Shown: piece after piece, positions 39,174 to 53,300 of the stretch | How positions within the stretch are numbered: position 1 is the stretch's first letter | Layout: every line of letters starts with the position of its first letter | Source: Chara braunii | Taxonomy: Eukaryota; Plantae; Charophyceae | DNA length: 64,000 nt | Direction: 5' to 3' | Assembly: GCA_003427395.1 (NCBI GenBank) | Contig: BFEA01000024.1 | Span: 2,835,911 to 2,899,910, forward strand | The notes under the pieces: model-generated | The model's input: only the letters and a program-made list of their open reading frames with translations | What the model was told of the DNA's origin: nothing | The model's database searches: none | Position numbers and translations under genes: made by a program

Positions 39174-40385
39174 TGGTTTGATCGCCACTTACCTTCGGCA
39201 TGCTGGCGTTACACAGACTTGGTGCGTTGATGATGCTTCTTCGCAGTTGGTACTTGTGACGTCAGGCCATTGATAGGTGCACGCCCTGGGTAGAGAGGGG
39301 TGCACCAAAAGGCTATTACGGTAGTGTATGCCGAGGGATACAGCAGAATGTTTGATTGATGATGAGAGCATGCTGATGTGGCATTGGACTAAGGTGGCAC
39401 TGCATTGCGTTGTGGGTGGTACCGAGGTCATGACCGGTCATCAAATGCAACATAAGCTCAATTGGTGAGAAAATCTGTAGTTGGGGGCAGCTATCTTCAG
39501 GTATGTTGATCCCTTACTTTATCTACCTTCTCAATCTCTTCTTACTGTGAGGAAGTGAGTCAAACTTGAGAGTCCTCTCCTTGGTGAGGTGTCGTGAGCG
39601 CGCTGCCTTGAGAGACGACAATCTTCCCGGAAGCATCTGGAAGGAGAAAGGGCGGTGCCTCTAAAGGGCCCTGGTCGAAGCACTGGGTCACTGTCACCAT
39701 GCCAACCCACAGGGAGTAGTACACGCATGCGATGGCTGCTATCCTGTTTGGCACTTTCTGGTTGGGAGTTCATTGTGAATCTGGCTGTGATCGTCGTCCT
39801 GACTGCGACGTTAAAGAATTCCTGAAGAGGTGGGGGAGCTCTATAAATACCTCCTGATCAGCCAGATCATATGGACAGGAAGGCTCGTCGTCGTACGAGG
39901 GTAAATAAGAGTGGTTGGGCTGGCTTGCTCGGTGACAACTTGGGCACAGGGGTGGACCGATACACACACAAACACACTGCTTTGCTCAAGATGTTGTCCG
40001 GATGGTTGGATTAAGGGGAAGGGTAGATTCCAATTGGTGCTCAACTGAATACACAACTATACCCATCAATCATACATCTACTACATGGTCTTTTTGTACT
40101 TTTGATTAGTTGGTAGACAGACTGCTAACACCTCACAGACAGACTAGAGTAGGACTGAAGTATGATACCATAGCTAGTTCTATCTTGTGCTGCAGTAAGT
40201 GAACAAGTCAAAGTGCATTGAGACTATGTTGACAATCTGTGTGAATGTTGTAGACATGCCACTTGATCGGTACATTAGGGGACTTGCCGGACAGAACCAT
40301 TTCTAGAAAATTAGGTGTCGGTCAGACACATGCTGCGGTAGGATTCCACTAGGGGGTTCTAGTGCAGATAATGTTTGCCTAATTA

Positions 40386-42238
40386 ATGAACAGATCAGAC
40401 GTCGATGAGGAAGGAGTTGACAATAGTAGACTAACACGTGCAAGATCAATTAGGATCCCGTACGTGTTCAGGACCCTAGACGAGGGAGAAGAAAGACGGC
40501 TTCGTGCCGAACGGAGAGTCCGTGCTCTCACAGCATCGAGAGAGGCAGCAAACGTTGCAGCTAGGGAACATGTTGCAGCAGCAGCCAAGGCAACAACCAT
40601 GACTTCTTCAGCAGCATCCTCCGCTGCAACTTCAGTTGCGTTCTCGTTTGGACCCTAGTTTGGAATGCCAACAGGGTCTGCAGGCACTTCCAGCTCATCA
40701 GGTTGTAGACAGTCTACAAGTCAAATGGCGGGCTCGCAGTTCAGCACGTTGACTCCTCGCGAAAGGGAGATGAGGGAGCTCCAGCAGGTCGAAAGGATCC
40801 GTGCACAATTAGAGAAGGAACTGAAAGAAGCTACCGATAGAGAAAGAGAGATAAAGAGTAGAACAGCCAGGCTTGAAATGTTAGCGGCTGACAAGGCTGA
40901 GTTAGAGGGCATGGACGACTCTGGAATGAATGAGCCCATGAAAGTGTTGAGGAACAACATGCTGTCACTGCATGCGCACGTAGACAGCAGGTTGGACTTC
41001 ATGCAGAGCACTTTGGACCAGATCCTGGACATTTTGACAAGGCCAGGATTTAGGTCACCAGCACAATCGCCGTTGCCGTTATCGGCGATGTCAGGCCCCT
41101 TTCCAGTTCAAGCTGGTACACAGCCTAGTGGTACGTCTGCAGCAGCAGCACAGACTATTGCATCTTCTTCTTCGGGTCCAGCGGTGATTGCTTCATCACC
41201 ACAACAACCTGTTCAGCAATCTGGACAGCCGCAAGGTCAATGGTATCCCAAGACCCCAATGAAACCGCCTCTTGCCTTCTCAGGCGAGAGAAAGGACGAG
41301 GAACTCAACACATGGTTGAGGACAGTCCCGGTTTGGGTGAAGGCCAAAAGGACCTTGCTTGAGGACGAAGTGGTAACTGCGGCGTCTTACCTAGAGGGTA
41401 AGGCAGCCAAATGGTTAGATGGTGTAGTTGTGAAGGCCGGGTACGGGCGACGCATGGCAAACTGGGCTAAGTCTTTGACTCTAGACCAATTCATGGAAAT
41501 GGTAGAAGCTCGATGGCATAATCCAAAGGAGGCGCAAAGGGTCACTGATGTCATTAACAAACTGGACCAACGCAAGTTCAGGTCAGTTAGGGAGCTTACG
41601 ACTACCGTTGAGAGCCTGATCCTCGTCCCAGGTATCAACTACAACGACCAGTTCCTGTTGACGACGTTTGTTAGATGTCTCCCAGAGAACATGAGGAACT
41701 TACTAGCAAGTGAGGCACGCACCGAGTACCACTCGTTTGAGACATTGTCTAGGAAAGCCTTAGACTTAGAGGCCATGCTAGGCAATGATCAACCCACCTC
41801 AGGGAATGACTCAAGGAAGAAGAAGAGTCCTCAGGAGTGGAAGAAGAAGGGGGCGAAGTTGATGATGGTTGAGTCTGATGGGACTCAAACTGAGATCGAT
41901 GAACTCTCTGACCTGATGGACTGCTCAGAGTATGACGGCGAGGAGGTAGCTGAGGGTAGCACCCTCGCCGCGGTAGTTAAGACTAAGGCAACAGGCCGAG
42001 GGAAGGGCCAACCTAGGGGTCAAGGGAAGGCCGCCTCCAATCAAACCAAACAGGTTGAGTGGATTAAGGCAGGTCTTGATCAAGACGTGTAGTGTGACCG
42101 CCGAATGCGTGGCGCTTGTATCAACTGCGGGGAATACGGACACACGCAGTACAAGTGCTAGAACGTTAAGGTTACGCAAAAGGTTGCTCCAAAGATGGGG
42201 GCAACTTATTCCCAGGCTTCTAGCTCGGGAAACATGTG
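40386..42238 (+). pseudogene. gag: Ty3/gypsy gag with in-frame stops
   Basis: KPPLAFSGERKDEELNTWL...AASYLEGKAAKWL capsid-like region. Zinc knuckle CINCGEYGHTQYKC lies just after a TAG at 42090. Stops at 40656, 42090 and 42159. Confidence 0.88.
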
Positions 42239-42302
42239 AGGCCAGTGGAAGTAGTAGCTGCTTCTACTCAAGATGAAGTAGGATTGATACCCTCCCTACG
42301 CA

Positions 42303-42497
42303 GAAAGGTGAAGGGCGAAGGTGGTCTTCGGAGGTGAAGGGCGCTATGTAGATAACAAGGGAGAATGTGGGGAAGAGGACACGTACCTGGTGAAGGTGGA
42401 GGTCGGCATTGGTGTTGACATCATCACTCGCTGGTAGTCCAGTTGTCTGGTTGCTGTTCATTGCTGTAGTTGTAGGATAGGCTGTAGAGTAGATAGG
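42303..42497 (+). mobile_element. 3' LTR fragment directly after gag (pol deleted), runs into an N gap
   Basis: Near-identical to 38748-38942. Confidence 0.85.
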
Positions 42498-42774
42498 NNN
42501 NNNNNNNNNNNNNNNNNNNNNNNNNNNNNNNNNNNNNNNNNNNNNNNNNNNNNNNNNNNNNNNNNNNNNNNNNNNNNNNNNNNNNNNNNNNNNNNNNNNN
42601 NNNNNNNNNNNNNNNNNNNNNNNNNNNNNNNNNNNNNNNNNNNNNNNNNNNNNNNNNNNNNNNNNNNNNNNNNNNNNNNNNNNNNNNNNNNNNNNNNNNN
42701 NNNNNNNNNNNNNNNNNNNNNNNNNNNNNNNNNNNNNNNNNNNNNNNNNNNNNNNNNNNNNNNNNNNNNNNNNN

Positions 42775-42806
<32 letters not shown>

Positions 42807-43345
42807 AGTCCGCGTTCGGCCCGAACGGCCGAACGCCGGTAACCCTGTATATATATTGCTTCGACGTTGCAGCCTGTAGTCGTGATTCCCGAATCTCCAA
42901 AGACCTTAGTACTCGGACTGTACCTTGACGTGGACCGGTCCTATTGGTGCCTGCCTCAGCAAAAGGGTGTGCCACAGGGCTTTCCATTGGTCCACGCAGG
43001 CTCGGCGCCCTGCTGTACAGCAGAGCACTACTGGCCTGTAGCCGTGGTAGCCGCCGGGTTCACCTTGGGATGCGAAGGTGAAAAGACCGACGCTGTCATT
43101 TCTACTGCGCACCGATCGCGCCCTAGTCGGGTTATGGGTTCGGTACGTAGAGTCGTTGTTACTGTCGAATAGAAAAAGGGCAAAACAAGAAAAAAGAGAA
43201 AGAAAAGCAGTGATGAGAAGAAAAAGGGAGGGGGGTTCAGTGTCAGATCCACGCGTAGATCTAGACCCTCGCTTTAGTTTGAGGCGATTCAGTGACTCCT
43301 AACCGTGGCGTCGGTATGATTCCTTTTATTTCCTTACTTCGTTTC

Positions 43346-43346
<1 letters not shown>

Positions 43347-43422
<76 letters not shown>
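43347..43422. repeat. (TTA)n microsatellite
   Basis: Directly visible. Confidence 0.95.
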
Positions 43423-43423
<1 letters not shown>

Positions 43424-46400
43424 TTGCTGATTTTTGGGCGCGGGTTTTCCTTTAGTCCCTGTCACTTCGCGGGAAGGCAAACGGTTTGAAAATCGAGCGC
43501 GGCTGCAGTCTGGCCCAGACTGATTTGGCTTGTTATTTTTGCACCTATGGTTGGGAGGCTCGACTGGGCGCCGCTCGGTAGGACCCTAAAACAGGGGCGA
43601 CCCGCAGCCACATCGGTAAGAAGCTCATCACCCCCTATAGGAGGTCATGAACCCCCTCCTTGCCATCGGACACGGGTACCCGAAAGGGATAGGCCAATGG
43701 TTCATTTTGGAGAAGGACGGCCGCTCGTCGATATCACGTTATGGGACCACCGCGACGGGTCTGACATCATGTATTCAAAAGGAAAAAATGAGAAGGGATC
43801 GGTGGCCGACTGTGAAAAACCTGCATGAGTAGCGACCGTTGGAGTCCAGCTCCGCAACTTTCTTTCAGGTCTAATTGTTTCTCGAGATTTGAAAAATAAA
43901 TGTTTTTCGTCTCCTTTGCTATTTTATTTTATCTTATTAAATTACGAGTTGCAGATTTTCAAAATACTGAGAAGGTTATTTGAACCCGTTGTTTAGAATA
44001 CAGGGTTCGTGAAGGGAAGTGACACTATAAAAAAAAAAGAGAGGCGAGTCTTTGATATAAAATACGTACTAATGAGCTGAGGCGCGAGAGCTAAGTAGTG
44101 AAGGGAGTGTGCGGTAACTCGCCTGCTTGCGCACGCTAGTACTCTAAGTGTTAAGGGAGGGGCTATTCTGGAGCTCGACGCCCTGGTGTCGTGTGTCGTC
44201 CAGAAGAGAGAGAGGTTCGACCATGGTGCGAAGTAGCGGACTGTATGGCTACAGGCCAAGATGCATCTAGTCCCTCTGCAGATGGGAAAGGATGTCGGGG
44301 GACGGACCGACCATGACTGCCATCTTGGACTACAGTTACGGCAGGCAGGAGTTGAAATGAAAATAAACATAGAAGGGGGGAGAGAAGAAGAAATGAGGGA
44401 GGATCCGGACCTGCAGATGACGATCACAGAGGCAAAAGATCGAGCGGAGAGGAGGTGCAAACGGGACAGGGTCACGGATGAGATGAAACTGACCATCACG
44501 TACCTAGACGAGGGGACCTCCACGGACACAGTGGATCGGGAACAGCAACACCTGGATCGGGACACTGAGGTTGAGAGCGACGCCAGTGACCTGAACGCGG
44601 ATACCCAGTCCTAGCATGGACTGGACCAGTGGAGACACGACCACCCACCTGCTGAGCCGGTTGAGAGCGGCTCGGAGGCCAACTCAAGGCGGCCGAAAGG
44701 CTAGGCCTGTGGGGACGCCTAAGAAAAACAAAGCTCGCGAAGGGTGTCTCAGATCCCGGGGCGAGCAGGCACAGTGATTGAGTCGAGAGGCGGTTACGCG
44801 CGTGCACAGGTTGCACGTGACAAGGCCTGAGGCAGTGCGAGGAGGTCAACGAAAGGGGAGACTGGGAGAGAGAGCGAGAGGCGAGCTTGCGGGGTGCAGG
44901 TGACGTCAACTATTGCCTCCACACTCCCGCTTTCTCCTTGTCTTCTGATCCGCTACATTGAGGGATATGGCAATCAGCATGCTGCAAGAAGAGAAAAGGT
45001 GAGGTGATGACGGATTATAGGGGGGGGAACAGGCTAACGCGACTTAGGAGGACTTTAGTTGACGTCCCACTGTTCTTTCGGGGACGGAGCGTGGCATGGT
45101 GTTGGCATGCAGAGAAGAGCGGCGGGACAGTCGCGCCCAGAAGTCGAGCCGAGACTGAACCTGTACGCGTGTACTGTCTGTACCTGGCGTGGCCTAGAGA
45201 GGTAGAAAGAGAGAGGGTCTTGGGTGCCTTAGTTGGCATGAGTTTGCCTAATACAGTTGACGTCCTGTTGTTATTTCTGTATGCTCCTCCTAGTTGATTG
45301 TAGGCACGAAATGTTGTGGGGATACAAACTAAGGCGTGAAGAGGGGAGTTTTTGTTGACGTTTCCCATGTCTTCGCGTGCGTGAGGTGAAGAGAAGCTTG
45401 GAGATCACTGACCAGAGCGGGGACGAGAGACACAAAACCGTATTGATGCCTCGATTGGACCATGCAAGATCAGTGAGTCGATACACAGAGTTGCTAACTA
45501 TCGCAGCTGAGCGAGGCGTATGCTAGCTAGAGAGGCAAGAAGAAGGTCAATACCCGTGCACAGTGGAGGTTGATGACATCAGCCGTTTTGGGAATGCCCA
45601 CGTGTTTGATAGAAAGGGTCACCGCAGTGATGTGCTAGTATCCGGAGGGCAGTGAAGCGGAAATGAGCGGGTAATGAGGGTCTCTGGTATGTGCTAGGGT
45701 CCTTTCCTTGAAGCCCTGAACATAAATAACCAATTAGCGCCTTGATATTGCTCTGTCGGACCGAGTGCTCCCCATGGTTATTTCTCCGCTCACATCACAG
45801 TCGCCCTGTGACTGCTCAGTGATTGCTGGCAAAAAGGGTGTGTGCGACGAACAAGAGTGTCTTGCTTCGCTGCTAATGTCAACATTTTCCCAGGAGTACC
45901 CAACCAGAGTCTGATCTAGTTGGGTAACCGTGATGGAAACGGCTTGATCAAGTTGCCGCTATACAGGTGCTTTTTGCCCTTACTCTGGTAATTTGAGTGG
46001 GAAATTGACGGTTGTAATGGAAGTGAATTCTCGTTGATTTGAGCTCCTTCGAAAGCGCTAGAGAGACACGTGGCCGTTCAAGAGGGAACGAACTCTGTCC
46101 GGTATCTAAGGTGATCGTGTGTGGGATTGATTATGGGATCGCGGATCAGTGCAGTATTATGACGTCAGGCAACCGATTCACTTGAGGCTAGCTCGAATAA
46201 GCTAAGTACAACGAGAGTTGATCGCCTTTCTTTTACTTTTTTTAGTTAAAGTCACGCTGGCTGACGTGTCATCACACAAAAATAACGTGGGGTAAACACG
46301 AAAACACTGTGTATGAGGTCGCGATTAGTAATGAGTAGTACTGCGACTGTGCCCCTGTTGACTGTTTTCGTGTGTGACATAAAGAATGGGTCTATTCTCG

Positions 46401-48624
46401 GAGTGACATGGATTTTGACTAAGGGCACCCTTAGAAAGGAGCAAACAAGTTGTCTGAAAGATGGGGAGCTAGTGAGTATTTAGAGTTTGATAAACCTCGA
46501 ATAGTCGTATCGGTGACGTGACTCGCTTTCATAGGGATGCGTGAGGACAAACGTGAACCAACCTTAAGTATCGGTTATGCTAGAGTTGCTGAAAAGGGGA
46601 CAGTGGCTGGGGGCATAGGAGAAAAAAGGAAGGTGAACTGCTTAAAGTAATGACAAACTGCTCACTGAGTATGACTACTAAAAATAACTTTCTACATTGT
46701 AAGTAGCACTTACTCGTCAGATGACCTCAACGCCAATTGAGGAGAGTTTTCGGGGTTTGTTTGCTGCATATGTTAGCGGTTTCCTCCTGTGCAATTGTGA
46801 TTCTTCGTGCTTACTCGGAAAGGATGGTCGAACTAAGAGTTTGAGTGAGTATGCCGAAGCGTTGTCAAGCGCATCAGTCTGGCACCACACCAGGGCAGCA
46901 CGGGACCCTCCAGGCCGCGTCACGTAGGAGTTGGTCTACACCTTCCGCGAAAATACACATGGAGCTTCCGCAAGCCGCTCCGGCCGAGTGCGCCAGCCAT
47001 ACCTCTCGCAAGCCCCTACGACATGATACGGCCTACTCGAGGCACGACTTACCTCCACCTTACGGGAGTTGTCACCTCCCTTCCGTGGGCATATCACCGT
47101 CGAGCTACCAGTCCAGAGTACGAAAGCTGATCAGTTGCAATCGCAGAGGTGAGCCAGCCGAGGGCGTTTCTCGTTCGTTGAAACATAGGGGGTATGCGCG
47201 GTAATACTCCTCTATCGAGCCCGCACGTGAACCGTCAACTGGGGGAGCTAAAGTCCCAAGCGCGGCCCGTCGTCGGTCGACTAGGACGTATCCCACTCAC
47301 CACGCATACACCGCACTACGAGCACAAACATAAAGCACACACACACACATCAAACAACGCGACAACACTCCTAGTCCCATAGTAGTCATCCCATAACTTT
47401 TCCGACACGGAAATCGGATAGGCGTCGCGCGCAGGACTTCATATAAAACCGCACGGATACAGGGCTAACTCAGATCGACTCGCAATGCAAGCGTACACAA
47501 GTAGTCGCAAATGACGACGTACTATGTAGTGCCCATAATCAAGCGGTACCTCGTGGATCCGAGTACCGCTTATGACACTCAAGTGTCAGACTCGAAGTGG
47601 CGTGAGGGTCTAATCCCTCACGATATTGCACGGCTGAAGGAATAGTCGTGCAACCGCCGCGAGACCTCCGGCCTTTGGTCTGAGCGTCTCGGTAGGCAAG
47701 CCAAATAGGCTCTGCACGGGGACAGATTCCTTCCCTGCACAGTCTAGGGATTGGGATGTCCTGGACAAGAACCTTGAATCCCGGCCTACGACCAACGTTC
47801 GACTATAAAAATCTCTAAAAAGCAAAGGATAAAAGGGGATCCCTTTTTTCTCTCAAACACATAATTTGTTTAACCCTTACGCGTGGCCTCAGTAGGCTGC
47901 ACGAAGCACTCAAGACATATATATTTATATATGTATATAAAGGGTTATTAATATAGGACGATCATTTTTCACGATCACAGAGGGACTCCTCTCAACCATA
48001 TATGTATGCGATCACAGTCAGCCACATCCAGAGTCTGAACCACAAACATACCTGCAATCACATCAAAGATCCAACAAAAGTCAACGCATTATACGGGGTC
48101 AACTTCAACCATTCTCTGTCGTCATACCCCTTGCTTTAGCCATACAAACCCCAACCTTAGCACACCTTCCCAGCAATAAAATACACAGCAACTTTATTAA
48201 ATGGCCATTCAATAAAGTCCGGGTAAAAACACAATGAAACATGTCAAACCACAGGGCTCAAGCCTTTAGGTTGAGTGGCAAGAGTGGGTTGGAGTTGAAT
48301 CGAAAACCAACGAATCGGCAACTGACTTGTTATCAGTGATAACAGAAGATGATCCTCAAGGGATCGAGTTGAATCTAGTCCTGAACTTCAATCAAACGGT
48401 CAAGAGGACCTGTAACACATGACAGGTCAATGCCCCAGGCTAAACCTACAAGCCCATGGAGAACAATCTTCATATCATGATCTTACCAAAATCATCCTAG
48501 TTAACTATATCTAAGCCTACCTTTAAGCAAGTGCCCAAAGAAAGGTAGACTCATGGCAAAATTTCCCCTATTCAGAGCGGATTACCAGAATCGTCACCTG
48601 TTAAAATATAATTTATCTCCTTTA

Positions 48625-49180
48625 AACTAAGAAAATTTCGACAGCGCTTCCCGTAGGAAAAGTTTCTTTCCAAAAATTATACAACTCCAAATATGAAAGC
48701 AGAAATAATCTCTAACTCTGGAAAGTCAAATTTTGTCTAACTCCCTGAATTAGTAGAAATTTGGACAGCACTCCCTTTAGAAAGGGAGACTTCCCAGATT
48801 TATAGTAAGTCAGATACGAACTCGAAAGACAACTTGAGTTCAACTTAGACAGATTTAACTAACTTCTTAGTTTTGCAGAAATTTCACCATCACTCCCTTT
48901 AAAAAAATGTTTTTCCAAAATTTATACAAGGCTGAGTCCAGAATTAAAGAATAACTTTGACTTCTCAAAGTTCAATTTTGTCTAACTCCCTGAATTAGCA
49001 AAACTTCGGACAGCATTCCCTTTAGAAATTGAGACTTTCCAGATTTTTACTAAGTCAGATATACAGAAAAGACAAGTTGAATTTTGACAAGTCAAAAGTT
49101 GACTAACTCCTTGAATTTGTAGAAATTTTGGCAGCGCTTCCCGTAGAGAAAGTAGCTTGTCAAGATTTATACAAAGATAA
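48625..49180. repeat. ~122-bp tandem repeat (family X array 2)
   Basis: aaattt.g.cagc.ctYcc.t.ag anchors at ~48631, 48756, 48878, 49000 and 49122. Confidence 0.8.
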
Positions 49181-49464
49181 GTACAAAAAATGATCCAAAA
49201 AAATGCAAGAATTGACCTAAGTAAAAAAAATTACTACAGAAAATGCAGGAATTGAAACTAACTCCTATCGCTCTAGCACGTGGCGAGCAACTAAAGCAAC
49301 TACCTATCAAACTGAAACGCAGACCACGTAGTCATCTCACTCAGCCACATGCAAGCCAAACCACACAGGTAAGTACTCTCACCATCCCAAGCTCACCTGG
49401 GCAAACAATAATTCATGATCTTTCAGTAAATTTAACCCTCTTATACCCAGCTTACGTAAGGCAT

Positions 49465-50355
49465 AAAGTCAGGTCACCCAAACTTATGGAATGCGCCTAA
49501 CTTAGCCATTGAATATACACAAAATAGGGGGCACAACTACCTCTCTCTTCTTTGGGAATATGACTATACCATTCTAGTCGCCCTGAACTTTTAAAATATT
49601 CAAGTTATATATACATGTCTTTCCCCTTGTCTTCTAGGGTTGCATATGACTGAACTAACTCAAGTTCGGTCTGCCTCTACTTACCATCAATTTTATTCTT
49701 AATTATACTCTCTTCAAGTTGTGATAGGCTATAGTCAGACCACCTAAACTTATAGAACAGTCTGATTAACTCATTCTTTAATAGAATAATAATAAAGTAT
49801 AGCCAAGTTGTAACCATTGGGTTCCAGCATGTGCAAGGCTTTGAGTCAGACCACCTGAACTTACAGAACAGTCTGGCTCTCTGCCTGATTAATTTTTTTC
49901 TGATCCATTCTGTGCGTGGCATTGGGCTAGATCACCTGAACTTACAAAACGATCTTCCCACTGTCGGGTTCATTTTCTCAGAACAAATACAAGAGGAGAC
50001 CGAGTCACCTAAACTTATAGAACAGCTCAGACCTCCTCGTTTTGAAATAAAAGAAACTGAGAAAACCCCAGAAACGAGGCAACCAAAAGCACCTAAACTT
50101 ATAGAATGGCATTGGCCCCTGAAAATCAATCACAATCAAGCCCTCGCAAGTCAGAGCAGCCAGGTCAACTAAACTTATAGAACAGCCTGACCCTCCACGC
50201 AAACCACAGCACTGGGTCTCCCCAAACTTATGGGGACTTCCCAGCCTCGAGAGCAATCAGGCCCCCTAAACTTATAGAAAGGTCTGACGCTCCAATCAAA
50301 ACCAAGATAAACAAAGCACTGGGTCTCCCCAAACTCATGGGGACCTCCCAGCCTT
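49465..50355. repeat. Array of ~11 AACTTA-core palindromic repeats (copy 3 version, consensus ~TCAGACCACCTAAACTTATAGAACAGTCTGA)
   Basis: Cores at ~49481, 49586, 49747, 49858, 49939, 50012, 50096, 50172, 50225, 50269 and 50332. Confidence 0.85.
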
Positions 50356-53300
50356 AATGACCCAGTCAGACCCTCAATCAAAACAACCCTCTGTTCTGCC
50401 TTCCCCAGATGCAATTCTTTTTAGCAATCTGATTCCATATAATCAATAAAGTTGAAACAGAGATTGAGCAAACATTCCTTTACTTAATCTAGTTCAAGTC
50501 CTCAAAGTCAAACAAAAGTCAAAGTAGGGTTGCACACCATATACTCAGTCAAACATGCAATGGGTAGTACAGATAGGGGCTATAACTCGGGTTTATAGAG
50601 GAAAAGCAATGGTTACCTGTCAGTTCCCTGCTTCCACAACTCCTCCTGAGTTCCGGCAGAGCTCCCGCAATTGGTGGGTTGACTACCCACAGAGCCTTCC
50701 TGCGGTCCTACGGGTTGCAATCCCGCCTGCCGCCTTCCTCTCAGAACCAGTAGACTAGACTTAGAGTAAGAAAGACAGAAATAGGGGTTTTAGACGCTCG
50801 AGATACAGGGGAGGGACAACTCAACTCGCAGGAGAGGGCCTTGTAATCTCAATACGTCTGAGGTCCCCGCAATGGCGGCCAGATCGAGCAGCCGCTAGTC
50901 AATCCGAATTCAAACTGCCAATAGTTGACCCCCTAACGACTCTCCAAATCACTACAACACCTCCACTGTTGACTTCTAGATGGTCCTCCCACTTGCAGGA
51001 GGGTCCCCCTTCCCAATGACTTAGCCTTTCCGCCCAGTTCGCCACGCAAATGCTTTATCTATGGGTAAACTTGCACCCACGTGACTTGTCCTTAACCACT
51101 CTATGCCGCAGGACGAGCAGCACCTCGGCTAGTAGCTAAGCCTGTACCTTCGCAGTCGGTCTGCTGCTCTCTCGGCCAATAGGATCAGTGTGTCAGTCGA
51201 TGGTTAACATTATAGCTTTATTCTGCTTGTCAACTACCCCCTCACTTGATAGGGTGGGCAGCATACGGCTAGTCAAAAATAGGCGCGCGGTTGTACAACT
51301 CCCCCGCTCTATCCGACCGAACAACTCGTTGTAACCTTGCAGCTCGCCTCCCTCCTTTGTCGTCTTTACCTGCAACTAGCTCGACTAGGCGGGATAAGTA
51401 GTCCACCGGCCTACAGCTATGCTTGTAGCTCCGCAGCTAGCCCCCAGTTGCTCTGTTCGGTACAACGAGCCGCTTCCTGGTCAATAGGTAAGTCTTCGCC
51501 CCCCTACATCACAGTCCCTCAGAGGTCAAAATCTTGTCTCGTTCAGACCCTGTATCCAATACTGCACCCTCGTGACTCATCCGTGGCTCACAGTGTACTG
51601 CATACCATGTTCTCTTTCAAACGCACATAACTCCACGGCCTAGCTCTTTATACTGCAGATGAAACTCCTCATTTGGCAACAGTTGGATCGGCTTCTGCTG
51701 CAGCTTCTACCCTTGCATGTCCTCCAAAACACTTCTCTACGAGAAAATCTGGCAGAACGACTCTTAACGGGGCTGAAGGAGCACGCTTGACCTCTACATG
51801 AGTCATCACCTGCTCCTCTCCCTCATGGTCTCTTTCTCTCGCTCATTTTGCTGCAGCTCCTTCAGCTACCCTCAAGGATCTCGCAAGCAAACTCCCATGT
51901 CCCAATGCCAACTCAATCCCATGTCTGACCCAGAATGATGGCGGAGCGTATAGGGTCACCCTCACGATTACACAATCCTGATCATCATTAAATCCAGACT
52001 CGATGCAGGCGAAGATATCCATATTCATCTGTACGACCACCATGAAGAAATATATTCCCCCTCGTTAACCCGTCTTGGCAATGACATCTCGAGTCCGCCT
52101 TCCCTCTCAACTGGCAAGGCCATATTGGGGTATTCCCTAGCGTAAGGCATCCTGAGTTGCCTTAGCTATGTCTGGGTTCTGCCCATCACAGACAAATGTT
52201 CAGCATACGTCTTCCATTATTATGCTGATAATCGCGTCATACGATATCAACTACTAAAGCTTTAACCTCAAGTCATCTTTCACTAAGTTCATCATTTCCA
52301 GTATTCATGACCATCCAACTTAGAAAAACTTATAGTGGTAATATATCATAATAATCATTCATTCACAAATATCAAAAATATTTTATAATAATAATAACTC
52401 TTGGAAAATAATGTATCACCTTAGCAGTTGGCAAACAGCAATGCTCATGAAAATCAAATGCATCATACTTAGACTACTAGTCAATTACCAGAAACATATA
52501 CAACTATTTCACAATGATAAGCTTACATCATCAGGTACATCATATGATAGATATGTCATGATTAAGGATGGAATTGCCAACCAATAGCATTCTCAGACAT
52601 AATAACAACCAACGTATCACACTTTACTCCCCAGCTTTGACAAAGGTATACTGTGGCGAGGGGCAGTGTAATCCTTTTTAGAATGGATAACATCTTAAAC
52701 CCTTAATCCCCGCTCAAGGATTAAGCCTCACTGCTGTTCCCTCCGATTCTAGCATTTGTTCCTTGCAGACCTTTGTCAACAAAGTAAACAACCTTACCAC
52801 ACACGCTCCGGGATGTATTATCCCGACCTGTGCTGGTAAACCCACTTGTCGCAAAGAAATTTAGGGATTCACCCCCTACTTTCCTGCAGCACGTAGTAGT
52901 TGTCTCCCTCATGCACCAAAGTCTAGCAAGGTCCAAACACTTTCCTCCTTTTCAGTAGTAGTGTGGTTATTTTATCCAAGGAGATACAACAACAACATCC
53001 CACTATGGACCAAGAACATAGTTCCGGCGTGGGTCTCACTACTACTTACAAGACAATTTATAACTTCTTCAAAGTCATTATTCAGGGAAACAATAACATA
53101 GGATTGCAACCTTCCTACGGGTAGACTTTACACATTAACCACTCCATGAGACAAATTCTTATTCAAGGAAGCGATCACTCCATTCACCTCTGAATCCGCA
53201 TGAGACGTGGATTCTGGGCAATATCTTTACCCCTCTTTGAAGAACAATCCAAACATATAACCTCATCAGCAAGTCATAAATCGATATTTGGACTTGAGAC

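Larger units (their letters stand above)
36964..42847. mobile_element. hAT-like non-autonomous TIR element (contains two assembly gaps and a nested LTR element)
   Basis: 19-bp TIRs CAGGGTTACCGG(T/C)GTTCGG at 36964-36982 and 42829-42847. Flanks catatata/tatatata are 8-bp TSD-like. Dense CCGAAC subterminal repeats. Confidence 0.75.

Noticed and set aside
43993-45400. Host protein-coding gene from the 97-190 aa ORFs
   Set aside because: Overlapping ORFs on both strands with no recognisable motif. The region looks like repeat interior.
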